Below are positions 63,919-64,000 of a stretch of DNA of 64,000 nucleotides, piece by piece. The stretch is taken from the IMG/VR virus record IMGVR_UViG_3300021226_000189. One strand, given 5' to 3'. Numbering within the stretch: position 1 is the first letter of the stretch; every line of letters starts with the position of its first letter. The notes under the pieces are model-generated. The model was not told the DNA's origin and did no database searches. It was given only the letters and a program-made list of their open reading frames with translations. The position numbers and the translations under genes are program-made. The DNA comes from a virus.

Positions 63919-64000
63919 ATTGACTGAACTTTATTGTGGGGTATCTTGAATTTTTTCATCATCTACAACGATCTTGAAAAATTCATCTTCATGTACTAAA

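Noticed and set aside
1-64000. Stop-codon reassignment (alternative genetic code)
   Set aside because: Core genes are full length in code 11; TAA, TAG and TGA all serve as stops; no suppressor tRNA

Overview
64 kb of a large T4-like (myovirus, probably jumbo) phage genome read in genetic code 11. Positions 1-4.9 kb are a visibly GC-richer array of 21 tiny expression cassettes. Each is headed by the same promoter-like repeat (T)AAAAA(A)CTAG-N2-TAnnnT-N6(or 9)-ATG, which looks leaderless and carries stop codons in all three frames. One cassette has no ATG and instead folds into a 103-nt tRNA-shaped RNA ending in ACCA. A repeat-rich boundary follows (4.83-5.06 kb), then accessory genes, an HNH endonuclease and 10 tRNA genes; eight of these lie behind a leader-peptide/terminator that looks like an attenuator. 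Next is a block of mostly late-promoter genes (ART-like, CCA-adding enzyme, kinase, GNAT-like) whose N-termini resemble the T4 capsid-targeting sequence. Nucleotide metabolism (MazG, ThyX, NrdAB), endolysin and ClpP follow. The T4-like virion module comprises a split gp5, gp23, gp22, gp21, gp4, three modular fibre genes, gp13, gp20 and a gp15 fused to a trypsin-like domain. The window ends with an AAA ATPase, a DinG-like helicase, an ~11.4 kb glycosylation cluster and PhoH. All protein calls come from motif recognition by eye; no database search was run.
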